DNA from: Eledone cirrhosa
Lineage: Eukaryota
DNA length: 64,000 nt
Assembly (NCBI GenBank): GCA_964016885.1
Contig: OZ024742.1
Location: 238,948,001-239,012,000 of the forward strand
Direction: 5' to 3'
The position numbers were made by a program, and so were the translations under genes. Shown here piece by piece: positions 27,000 to 39,238 of this stretch (position 1 is the first letter of the stretch; every line of letters starts with the position of its first letter). Below the pieces are notes generated by a model. The model searched no databases and was not told the DNA's origin. It worked only from the letters and a program-made list of their open reading frames with translations.

Positions 27000-28650
27000 T
27001 TATTATATTCTTCGAGTCCAAGTCATTGATGTTATTTAATTGGAAAGTTTGTCCAAATGAACATCAAGCCGCTACATGCAGCCGCAGATATTCAGGGCAT
27101 ATCGGAGGGTTTTGCTGTTTCCAGCAAGCATGCCTTTTGAAGTGTTCCAAAAGAGGGAGCTGGACTAATGTTCTTTAACCATCTTTGAAAACTCTTCGAG
27201 ATACTACCTAGTGTTCCTATGACAGTCGGGACGAACTTGATCTTATGACAGTCCCAAATCCTTTTTAATTCCCACTTTCAATCCTGGTATCGGTTAATTT
27301 TCTCCTCTTGTGTCAAAGGGGCAGGCTACATCTATAATCAGGCACGAACTTTTTTCCTTCTCAAAAACTACCAGGTCAGGCCTATTGTGTTCTAATTTCT
27401 GGTCTGTCTGTTTCCTGAAATCCCATTGCACCTTCACTCGGTCGTTTTCTATCACCGACTCTGGCTTATGCTCATACCACTTCTCAGGATGTGGTAAATT
27501 ATTTAGTTTGCATAGATGCCAGTGAATCCCCTTTCCTGTTATATTGTGCCTCCATCCTTTATAGTGAGTCTGGGATACATGTTTACACTCGGATACGATG
27601 TGACCCAAAGTCCCCTCTCCTCTCTCTCCACAGATCCTACAGAGTGCCTAGCCCCTTCTTTGTCACTTCATTCTGATGGTTTGCTCTTGCACAGCCATTA
27701 GCATTCCCTCTAGCTTTTTTAAGGTCTCCTCTTTTTAACCAGCTCCATGTCTATGGATCTCTGAATTCCGTTTTCTTAAAAAAGGTGCTATGAAGAGATT
27801 TTTCATGAAGGTTGCTCTTCCTCTTTGTTGTTACTTCCTCTTTGGACATCCCCTGGTCTATTGTCTTCTCCTTCAGTACAACTTTGAGCATCCGCTCCCT
27901 ACTTTCAGACACATTTTTGTGCAGACCGCTCTTCTCCATCTGAACACAGTCCTCTACGTTGATAAGACCTCTTCCACCTTCAGATCTCTAGGCCTTTGGC
28001 TATCCAAGTGTGAGGAACCATGTTGAATGCCTCTTCTTGCAGCTCCTTATTAGCATCTTGTCAATAAGTAACTGGTCTTTTGTACCACGGGACTTCTTTC
28101 AGCATCCTCGCTGTTCGTCCGGCAATAAGTTGTTTATGTGGAGGTGATAGTAGATTTCCTCAGACACAATGCTTGTAAGCAATTTCCACATTATGGATAG
28201 ACATGTGATAGGCCTATAGTTGGTAACATTATTACCCTTGATTCGGTCTTTCATTACCAGGACTGTGATACCTTTAGTCAACCACTCTGGTACTTCACCC
28301 GACAGCAAGCAGTCATTGAACATGGCTGTCAGTTTTGGGTGGAGAGGCGTTATATTTTTTGTCCAATATCCTTGCACATCATCTGGGCCTAGTCATATCA
28401 AGTCGGTTAGTTTATTGACCTGCTTTTTAAGTTTCAACCGTGATACTCAAATCAGGTTGTTAGTGTTCTTGTTCACTAACCTCCTTTTCAACTGTCTCAA
28501 TCCACACTGCCTGACTTATTCTGTTCAACATCCTACTCCCAGATTCCTCTCCAAAATGCGTTGGTCTGTTCATCTTCAGGGATCACGTCGTTACCTCTTT
28601 CTTTCCCTTCAAGCTGTTCAAATAACATCTGCTGGTTACCAACGACCTCT
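27000..28650 (-). mobile_element. Third R4/Dong-like element, internally deleted
   Basis: NYRPITCL...LLPDEQRGC, HIVSEC..RHN and HNRPDLVV..IIDVACPFD motifs. Confidence 0.8.
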
Positions 28651-28930
28651 CAGAGAAGATAATAGATAAATTCTCCTGGTGGTGAGATTTACGGCACCAT
28701 TCCTAGAAAGGAGAAAATATTCTTGGGCCATCTGTTATCTATAAAAAATAACTAGCCGTCATTATGTATGGAAATATATAATATAAAAAGGGCATTGCAT
28801 TGGCAGTATCGGTAGAGGGTCGGACGCCATGCTTTGCACCATAGAGTTACGGCCCTTTACGATTTGAGTTCAAATCCCGCCGATGTTAACTTTGCCTTTC
28901 ATCCTTACGGGGTCGATAAAATAAAGCACC

Positions 28931-28971
<41 letters not shown>

Positions 28972-29002
28972 AGATCAAAAGATGGTTAAAAGAGTTCCAT
29001 GC

Positions 29003-29071
29003 ATTTTATTATGCGCATTTCAAAAACAAATATCATCATGCAATAATATTTGTGTTTTCATCAGATAAAAT
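29003..29071 (-). ncRNA. Type I hammerhead ribozyme in the inverted 5' pLTR
   Basis: Reverse complement: attttat CTGATGA aaacacaaatattattgcatgatgatatttgttttt GAAA tgcgca TA ataaaat. Confidence 0.85.
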
Positions 29072-29347
29072 AGGAAGACATGATATGAAGGTTAAAAAAC
29101 ACTTGTGAATAGTGCAGTTTGAAATGCGCATAATAAAATACATGGAACTCTTTTAACCATCTTTTGATCTTATATATTATGTATACTCCAGTCCTACAAA
29201 CTGTAGAGTGCTTCTTATCCGATATCTGCATTGCTTTATTGTACTACAATAAAACTCACCTCCTACATTAACTTGCTCCTTAACGGTTGAGCGCTAACTC
29301 TCATATTGGATACCTTTTGATGGTCCTTTACCTTTTTCTTCTGCAAC

Positions 29348-31747
29348 ATGGATTATTACAACATAACCACTTCAACTAAAGACATTCCTATACCTGGTAA
29401 ATCTGAATTCACCAAACTTCTAATTGAAAAAACTGACTCCTTTGTAAGAAGACTTAGATGGATAGCTTATTTCTATGACCAGTGCCTAAAAGGGAACTTC
29501 TATACCAAAGAACATAACTTCCTCGATCATCTATTTAATTCTAGAAGAAATCCTCCTTCCAACAAAAATCTAGTGCAATTCGAGGAAGAGTTAACAAAAA
29601 TTATAAAAAATCTTAAATTCAAGAGATACCCTTACAAAGGACAAGAGCACCTTGTAAATCTCAAGAACACAATTTCAAACCTAAATTCCTCAAAAAATGT
29701 TTTAGTCCACTCTAACAAAACCAATAATTTATATGGTATTTCCAAGGATAACTATAACAACCTTATCCTAAAAGAACTTAGGAAAAAATATCGTAAAACC
29801 AACCATGATAATTTAGAATCCATAAACTTTGAAGCCTCTGAGATTATGTCAAAACTTGGCATCGGAAAAAAGACCGAACCATTCCTCCCAAGAACTCCGA
29901 GGATAAATCTCAAGGATCACAAAAACGATTTTCGTACTGAACTACCTGTTAGATTAATCGCCCCCTCTAAATCAGATCTGGAGGTTGTTAGTAAAGCCAT
30001 CTTGGATAGAATTATCCCACAGGTTCGTTCTAATTGCTCTTCTTTGAACTTAAATTTATGGTTTGGTACTTCTGAAGTGATTGGCTGGTTCAACAAATTG
30101 AATAATAAAAACAAACTAAAATTTGTTCAATTTGATATTGCCAGCTACTATTCTTCTATTTCGCCTTCACTTCTCAACAATGCTCTATCTTTCGCATTTA
30201 AATATTCTGACATCACCACAGATGAACTTCACATCATTCTCACCGCACGTAAAACCATCCTAGAATTCAACAATGAATATTGGACCAGAGCTGATACCTC
30301 TAACAACTTCGACATCACAATGGGAGCATCCGATTCATCCCAATTGACAGATTTAATTGGTATCTTTATTTTGAACTCTTTGAGTCGGAAAATTCCTCAA
30401 CTTCGCGGTGGAATTTATCGTGACGATGGACTCTTTGCTATCTTAAATTGCAACATAGTTAACCTTAATATTATTAAGAACAATATACGTAATCTCTTTA
30501 ACCAACATAACTTCAAAATTGAATTTGATAACAGCATCAAACTAGCTAATTTCTTGGATGTATCTCTTAATCTTGACACTGGCCTATATTACCCTTACCA
30601 TAAAAACAATGAGAACCTAAATTATGTTAATTTTAGATATAACCACCCCACTAATATTAAGAATGCTATAGTTAGTAATATTGGAAAAAGAATATCTAAC
30701 CTATCTTCTAATAAAAATATCTTTGATGCTAACGCCAATTACTATAATAACGCGCTTTCTAAAGCCGGCTATCCTGATAAAATCAAATATAGTAAAGAAA
30801 CAAATTCTAGAAGATCTTACAGTAGAATAATTAATCATGATCATTCCAATAACTTTAATAAAAGACCTAGATACAAAAACATAATCTGGTATAATGCTCC
30901 TTTCTCCATCTCTATCAATAATAATATTCCTAAATTATTCTTTAGAGCCTTAAATAAATGCTTCCCTCCCTCACATATCTATAGTAAAATATTTAACAAA
31001 CACACTATAACATTTTCCTATTCGACATCCTCCAACATTTCCAACATTTTCTCTAAACACAACAATAAAATACTAAATACTAAATCTCTTCCTTCCAACA
31101 CTGAATATCATAATAATAGTAATAGTACTCCCGACGTCATTGTAAACTCTAGGCTAATTTCTGCAAACCCAAATACAACGTCAAACACAACTTCGCTAAA
31201 TGTTCTTAATCCCATTCTAAATCAAGAAACTATTATTCCTATCGCAAATAACTTCTCCAATCCAATTCCTTCTATAGATAACACTAGGTCACTCGTTAAT
31301 AATCTCTCTAATCGCAATTGCAATTGCCCTGTTAAAAACAAATGTCCTCTCAACAACCATTGTCTTGATAAAAACTTAATCTACGAATGTAAAGTTATAA
31401 TTGACACCAATTCCTTCACCTATTTTGGCTCCACTTCCACCTCCTTTAAAGCTTGTCTTTATAATCATCATTCGTCTTTTAAATACCAACTTAAAAGAAC
31501 CAACACGGCTCTCTCAGAACTCATATGGTCCTTGAAAGACAAAAATATTATTTATAACATCTCTTGGAAAAAGGTTTCTTCTGCGTCTCCATACTTGAAC
31601 AGTTCTCTATCCAAGACTTGCAATCTATGTCTAAATGAAAAATTTACCATTATATCTAATTTAGATTCTATAATAAATAGACGCACTGACTTGTTTTCTC
31701 TCTGCTTGCATAAATTCCACAGAACATTCCATAAAGTATACAGCTAA
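29348..31747 (+). CDS. Penelope-like reverse transcriptase with C-terminal GIY-YIG endonuclease, 799 aa
   Basis: KDHK, PVRLI, QFDIASYYSSI, ITMGA, YRDD, FLDV and NHP RT motifs. CNC..CPL..C linker, LIY...YFG, and CNLCLNEK..NRR..CLH tail. Confidence 0.92.
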   Translation: MDYYNITTSTKDIPIPGKSEFTKLLIEKTDSFVRRLRWIAYFYDQCLKGNFYTKEHNFLDHLFNSRRNPPSNKNLVQFEEELTKIIKNLKFKRYPYKGQEHLVNLKNTISNLNSSKNVLVHSNKTNNLYGISKDNYNNLILKELRKKYRKTNHDNLESINFEASEIMSKLGIGKKTEPFLPRTPRINLKDHKNDFRTELPVRLIAPSKSDLEVVSKAILDRIIPQVRSNCSSLNLNLWFGTSEVIGWFNKLNNKNKLKFVQFDIASYYSSISPSLLNNALSFAFKYSDITTDELHIILTARKTILEFNNEYWTRADTSNNFDITMGASDSSQLTDLIGIFILNSLSRKIPQLRGGIYRDDGLFAILNCNIVNLNIIKNNIRNLFNQHNFKIEFDNSIKLANFLDVSLNLDTGLYYPYHKNNENLNYVNFRYNHPTNIKNAIVSNIGKRISNLSSNKNIFDANANYYNNALSKAGYPDKIKYSKETNSRRSYSRIINHDHSNNFNKRPRYKNIIWYNAPFSISINNNIPKLFFRALNKCFPPSHIYSKIFNKHTITFSYSTSSNISNIFSKHNNKILNTKSLPSNTEYHNNSNSTPDVIVNSRLISANPNTTSNTTSLNVLNPILNQETIIPIANNFSNPIPSIDNTRSLVNNLSNRNCNCPVKNKCPLNNHCLDKNLIYECKVIIDTNSFTYFGSTSTSFKACLYNHHSSFKYQLKRTNTALSELIWSLKDKNIIYNISWKKVSSASPYLNSSLSKTCNLCLNEKFTIISNLDSIINRRTDLFSLCLHKFHRTFHKVYS

Positions 31748-32694
31748 TATCCAATACTTTATCAATTTAAAATCCTTTTCTCAAAGGCACATATACATAT
31801 ATATACTTCTTTAAAAATATACCCATCTTTCTACCTTATTTCAATGTTATTTATTATACATTATATAATACTTGTTACTCATTCTATATCACTCCTATTT
31901 ATCACTTCCCTTTCTTCCTTTTCCTTTTCTTTTCTTTTTCTTTTAATTTCTAACCCCTAATCTGTACCTTTTCTCACTGTGCCTAACATAGAAACAATTA
32001 TTATACAATACAATATATTCTTACCTTAATATCACCTTGAAAAAGTCCTTCGTAAACATAAACACATTTTTTTGACGTTAGATTATTCATCCTCAATTCA
32101 TTATTTTTTTCTCCCTTTCATCTAACTTATTCATGCTCATCTCACAAAATATCCTTACTTACATTACTTTTGTTTTTTTAATAATACATATCAACATTCT
32201 CTTTCCATCGCACATATTATTAAACCCTTAAATATTATTCTTAATACATATTAACATTTTCTTTCCATCGCACATATTATTAAACCCTTAAATATTATTC
32301 TTAATACATATTAACATTTTCTTTTCATCGCACATATTATTAAACCCTTCAATATACAAACCTTAACTTTACATTATTTTTCTCTTCGTTAATTTTCAAA
32401 TTCTTCCAACGGTTTTTCAACCTCTCTATTTAAAACAATATATCTTTCTCAGTTATAAAAGCTATCTCTCTCTCTCTATCACCCATCTCTCCTCCTATCT
32501 CATCCTTCCTCATTATACTCCTCCCCCTCCACTTTTTACTCTCATCTCCTCCTCTTTTTCATCCTTTCCAACCTCCCCGCCCCCTCAAAAAACTTTTTTC
32601 CAAATATCACACATCAATCTAAAACTACTTTTCATATGTTGATTTAAAACTGCACTATTCACAAGTGTTTTTTAACCTTCATATCATGTCTCCC

Positions 32695-32763
32695 TATTTT
32701 ATCTGATGAAAACAAATATTATTGCATGATGATATTTGTTTTTGAAATGCGCATAATAAAATA
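32695..32763 (+). ncRNA. Type I hammerhead ribozyme in the 3' pLTR
   Basis: tattttat CTGATGA aaacaaatatt...gatatttgttttt GAAA tgcgca TA ataaaata. Palindromic helix III. Confidence 0.88.
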
Positions 32764-33002
32764 CATGGAACTCTTTTAACCATCTTTTGGTCTTATATAT
32801 TATGTATACTCCAGTCCTATTGTACTACAATAAAACTTTATTGTACTTTATTGTACTACAATAAAACTCACCTCCTACATATATATATATATATATATAC
32901 AGCAAATAATAATAAATCTTTGCTCTACGGTTCTTATATATTTAATATATAGTTATCCTTATCGAGCCCTCTTTGGATTTTAGTCTTCAAATTTATTATT
33001 AT

Positions 33003-33086
<84 letters not shown>

Positions 33087-33091
33087 TGGAA

Positions 33092-33146
33092 ATTCGGCCG
33101 CGGACTTGGGCGGTTTCAGCTCATCTAGGCAAGCTTCTTCAGGAAT
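33092..33146 (-). ncRNA. Hammerhead ribozyme with a full helix III and a mutated cleavage triplet (GCC)
   Basis: Reverse complement: attc CTGAAGA agctt-gcctagat-gagct GAAA ccgc-ccaagtcc-gcgg CC gaat. Confidence 0.7.
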
Positions 33147-33469
33147 ACTGATTTTTTCCCCCAGGAAATAAGAGAGGAGATCAAAAGAAAGAATAAAAGA
33201 AGGGAATTTCTGGTCGTTGTAAAGAATTGGATCACATAGTCATGTCTCGGGACAGTGGCTAGCCCAAAGAAACGGAAATATAAGTCTGTTAGTGACTTAG
33301 AAAGATGGCTATAATTTGGCAGCAAAGGAGAGGGTGTGGCTGGAAGTAGAAGACCATCACTCTAGAAAATTCTGAAGTCTCTTTCGAGTCCAAATGCTCG
33401 CCAGGACTGTGTTTATCCCGGTTTCCATGGCGTGAAGTGATGGAGAGTACAAGAGCCCTCCCTGGCCAG

Positions 33470-33642
33470 GACACCAGTGTATAGCAGGGTTAAACACCCA
33501 GCTATTACTGGTACTTATTTTCTGATGAATTTACTGGAGCAACGTGAAATGAAGTGTTTTGCTCAAGAACACAACACAACACAACACACAACCTAGTGCA
33601 GAAATCGAACCCACGACCTTCACTAGGCCACGCGTCTCCACG
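33470..33642 (-). mobile_element. CORE-type tRNA SINE (second copy at ~52340-52581, minus)
   Basis: Reverse complement: head gtggagacgcgtggcctagtg..ggttcgat and CORE-like gtgttcttgagcaaaacactt. Confidence 0.7.
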
Positions 33643-34539
33643 CACTCACTCCGATATCGGTATATTTATATATACACAAGTCCACAAACGCATATTTGAA
33701 GCGAAGTTTTAAGAGTTGAGGATTAAATGACGAACACGACAAATACCAACAATTCTGGTTTAATATATATCTTTACTTCACTTCAGCAAAAAGGAAAAAA
33801 ATGTGATTACTTCGAATCGTAAATATAAAGTTTAATTATAGCGTTCACAAATGAAAATAGTGTTCAATAAGGCGTCTGTGTTGTGCGAGGGTCTCTTTGT
33901 TTACTATGGGATGTTCCCTTAAAAGGAGATAAGTCGTAGTCAGTCAGTATGTACCATCAGAGGTAGAAGTAAGCTCTTATATAGTGAGGTTGTGTTGAGG
34001 CAGTTAACTCTGTTGTCTAGGGGTAGAAGCAGCTGAGTGTTAGGTCCACAGGATAGTCTATATAATTGTGCTTACCAGCAATTACCTCAGTGCATTACAG
34101 GTGCTTTATTTTATCGACCTCGTAAGGATGAAAGGCAAAGTTAACATCGGCGGGATTTGAACTCAAACCGTAAAGGGCCGTAACTCTATGGTGCAAAGCA
34201 TGGCGTCCGACCCTCTACCGATACTGCCAATCCAATGCCCTTTTTATATTATATATTTCCATACATAATGACGGCTAGTTATTTTTTATAGATACCAGAT
34301 GGCCCAAGAATATCTTCTCCTTTCTAGGAATGGTGCCGTAAATCTTACCACCAGGAGAATTTATCTATTATCTTCTCTGAGAGGTTGTTGGTAACTTACT
34401 TGGTGCTCGTGTCCGTAAGGGAGAAGAAAACCGCGGGAAGACATTTTTTCGCTACATATTTACGTTCGGACACTCACATATACAACTAATTTTAGGAATG
34501 CAACGATATGGACGATAAAGATAAAAATAAAGAAATAAT

Positions 34540-35720
34540 GATAATAATAATAATGCTTTCTTTATTAACCACAAGGGTTGACATAAAGTATAACATTAAG
34601 AACAGCACAGGACAATATAGGACGGCACAAATGGGCATTTCTGCGTGTAAAAAAAAACAGGGACGAGAGGGGACATCCTTGGCGAAGCGAACGCATGAGG
34701 TTAAACAGTTCCGAAAGGTGACCGTTCACTTTCACCACAGAGCAGATGTCGCTGTGCATGGCAGCGATCCAGCCTCTGAAGACAGGTCAAAGCCAGCCGT
34801 CCTCAGGCCTGCCGTTAGATAACGATGGTCGACCCTATCGAAAGCTTTCGACTGATCTAAATTGATCAAGGATCCATCCGTGTCTAGCTCATTAGCTACC
34901 CTCTCCACGATGTATCGCATGAGGCGGAGGCTGTCGTGGAAGGATCTGTCAGAAATGGCACATATCTGCGCCTCTCCCACCAGACCACCGACAACAAGTG
35001 CCAACCACTTTGCTAGCACCTTGGCCAAAATCTTGAACTCTGCGTTTAGAAGAATTATGAGCCTGAAATTGTCTGTTGTCCCCCTTGTTCGAGTCCTTTC
35101 TCAGCAGCGCCACCGTTCCTCGGCTCACAGAGTTGGGAATTCTCCCGTTCTACTGCCAGTTGCAGTAGATGTCCGCCAAGAGGTCGACGAACTAGTCTGG
35201 CATGTGTACGTAAAGCTCGTAGAGCAGACCATCCAAACCAGGCGATTTACCCATCGTGCAGTCAATCATTGCTTCCCGTACTTCAGCGGCTGTTATCGGC
35301 TTTTGGCAACACCCCGCCTCAGTGGCCGAGAGCCACGGCAGTCTGTCGAAGTAAGCACTAAAGTCCATCCCGTGATCCAGCCCGCCGCTGCCTCCGAAGA
35401 CCTGAGCGAGTGTCACTGAAAAGCCGCAAACATTTGCCTGGGATCAAGTAACATGTACACGTCGTGCTCCTCCAAAAACCGGATCGTGGCTTTGTTGTCA
35501 CGACTCACCTCCCCCACTTGGGTGGCTTTCGTCCCCTCGTGTCTGAGAGCACGCGCCCTAGCTCTGATAATGCAGCCTTCGTGCTTTGCATTGAAGAACT
35601 GGCCGAGGGCCAATTTCGCCGCAAGCACGTCGGTCGCGATGCCTTTACTAAGTGCTTCGTCTAATTTTCTAAATAGTTCTCTCTCTTGCTCACGCCTCAC
35701 TAAACCTAATGGACTCTATT
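34540..35720 (-). mobile_element. Tx1/L1-like LINE ORF2 RT fragment joined by deletion to its 3' end
   Basis: GKSPGLDGL, NLDQSKAFDRVDH and RQGCPLS motifs. The 3' end is the same family as 26690-26800. Confidence 0.85.
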
Positions 35721-36106
35721 CTAATCGCTCTTTTCAGTGTGAACCAAATGATACTAAAATGTCTAAAACAGCATCATAAATAACTAAAAGGACTCTAAAA
35801 AGGCAAAAAACGGCTTCATAAATGACTAGAATGACTCTAAAATGGCTAAAACGGCATCATAAATGACTAGAATGACACTAAAATGGCTAAAACGGCTCCT
35901 TAAATGACTAAAATGGCACTAAAATAGCTAAAGTGGCATCATAAATTACTAAAATGACTCTAAAATGGCTAGAACGGAATCATAAATGACTAAAATGACT
36001 CTAGAATGGCTAAAATGGCATCATAAATGACTAAAATGACTCTAGAATGGCTAAAACGGCATTATAAATGACTAAAATGTCTCTAAAACTGCTAAAAACG
36101 GCATCA

Positions 36107-36838
36107 TCTATATATCTAAAACAGAGAATGTCTGTAAATTTCCAATGCCCTACGGACCGCATTAGTCGATTTAGCGATCTCTCTCTCTCTCTCTTAGTCT
36201 TTCTCTGTTTAGATAGATACATAGATATAACGTTGCGCCCTTATAATATCTATCTGTATGCCTGGCTGTCTGCATTACGACATTATGACGTAGCTGTGTG
36301 TGTGTATGTATATATATGTATATATAGTGTGTATATATATATATAGTGTGTAACGTTTTTCGAAATATTTACTTCTGCGTTCACAGATTAATTTTTTTAT
36401 CTTATTTTCAGAAGATCCCGTTAAAGGTGAAAGCAGGGATTCTTTGCTTAAACTTTAATCTGTTATTTTAATATATATATATATAATTATATATTCGTGT
36501 ACAGATATTTCTGCATACACAATAACAAAATATAAACAAAAGTATTTATTTCGCGATAAAGTATTGATTTTCTTCGCACGGAAAAAAACCCTGGTAATCT
36601 ACGACGAATATTTTTTATAAGCACAAAATGTAGACACCATCCCGAGGCCGAGGTATTCCGTACTTCTCTGTACTGTTATATATATATAATTATATATTCG
36701 TGTACAGATATTTTTGCATACACAATAGCAAAATATAAACAAACGTATTTATTTCACGAGGCTCAATAAGGATAAATATATATCAAATATATAAGAACCC
36801 TAGAGCAAATCCTGAGCAACACCGGGCCATTCTGCTAG
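36107..36838 (+). mobile_element. Non-autonomous Helitron, copy 1
   Basis: 5' TCTATATATCTAAAACAGAG and 3' ...CCGGGCCATTCTGCTAG. Inserted between A and T of ggcatca|taaatgac with no target-site duplication (TSD). Confidence 0.8.
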
Positions 36839-37001
36839 TAAATGACTAAAATGACTCTAAAATGGCTAAAACGGCATCATCAATGACTAAAATTACCCTA
36901 AAATGGCTAAAATGACACCTTAAATGATTAAAACGACACTAAAATGGCTAAACGGACTCTTAAATGGTTAAAATGACTCTAAAATGGCTAAAATGGCATC
37001 A

Positions 37002-38415
<1,414 letters not shown>

Positions 38416-38456
38416 TAAATGACTAAAATAACTCTAAAATGGCTAAAACGGCATCA

Positions 38457-38860
38457 TCTATATATCTAAAACAGAGAATGTCAGTCTGTCTGACTCCCTA
38501 AAACTCGAGAACCACCCAACCGATCTTTTTCAAACTTTACACATGTAATACTAATGGTCGTGTGAGTATTTTGAGCAAAAGATATTTCAAATTTTTAATG
38601 CCCTAGACCCCCTCATTAGATAGCTATAACCGCGCCCTTATAATATCTGTCTGTATGTCTGGCTGTCTGCATTACGGCATTATGACACTACCTGTGTGTG
38701 TGTATATATATGTATATATAGTGTGTGTATATATATATATATATAGTGTGTAACGTATTTCGAAATATTTACTTCTGCGTTCACAGATTGATTTTTTTAG
38801 TTTCAGAAGATCCCGTTAAGGGTGAAAGCAGCGATTGTTCGCTTAAACTTTAATCCGTTA

Positions 38861-38946
<86 letters not shown>

Positions 38947-39238
38947 TATATTCGTGTACAGATATTTTTGCATACACAATAACAAAATATAATCAAACAT
39001 ATTTATTTCACGAGGCTCGACAGCAGCAAAAACAACAACGAAAAAGAGAGGGAACGCAATTACATGCTTTTGAAAAATCTTAATCGAAAATTATTTGCCT
39101 ATTCACCAAAGGCGACTTCACTTTTCATTAGGACTTCTGCATCAATTGGTGGACATACGACGAAACTGTTTCAGAAGGGAGGGATAAACATGCCAATCTA
39201 TGTTTAGAATCCCGAACAACGCTGGGCCATTCTGTTAG
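38457..39238 (+). mobile_element. Non-autonomous Helitron, copy 3
   Basis: TC start and ...GGGCCATTCTGTTAG end; same target position in the satellite unit. Confidence 0.75.

Larger units (their letters stand above)
28963..32880 (+). mobile_element. Near-complete Penelope-like element with an inverted 5' pLTR and a 3' pLTR, inserted in (TA)n
   Basis: Inverted pLTR 28965-29117, truncated direct pLTR 29118-29270, ORF, ~900-bp pyrimidine-rich 3'UTR (three 60-bp repeats at ~32187-32350), 3' pLTR 32635-32880. TA tracts on both sides. Confidence 0.92.

Noticed and set aside
33515-33560. ctgatga...gaaa resembling a hammerhead core
   Set aside because: No pairing helices; it lies inside a CORE-SINE where the other copy reads differently.
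33660-33960. Similarity to 46020-46270
   Set aside because: The similarity is real, but no termini, TSD or coding signal was found, so it is left as an unclassified old repeat.
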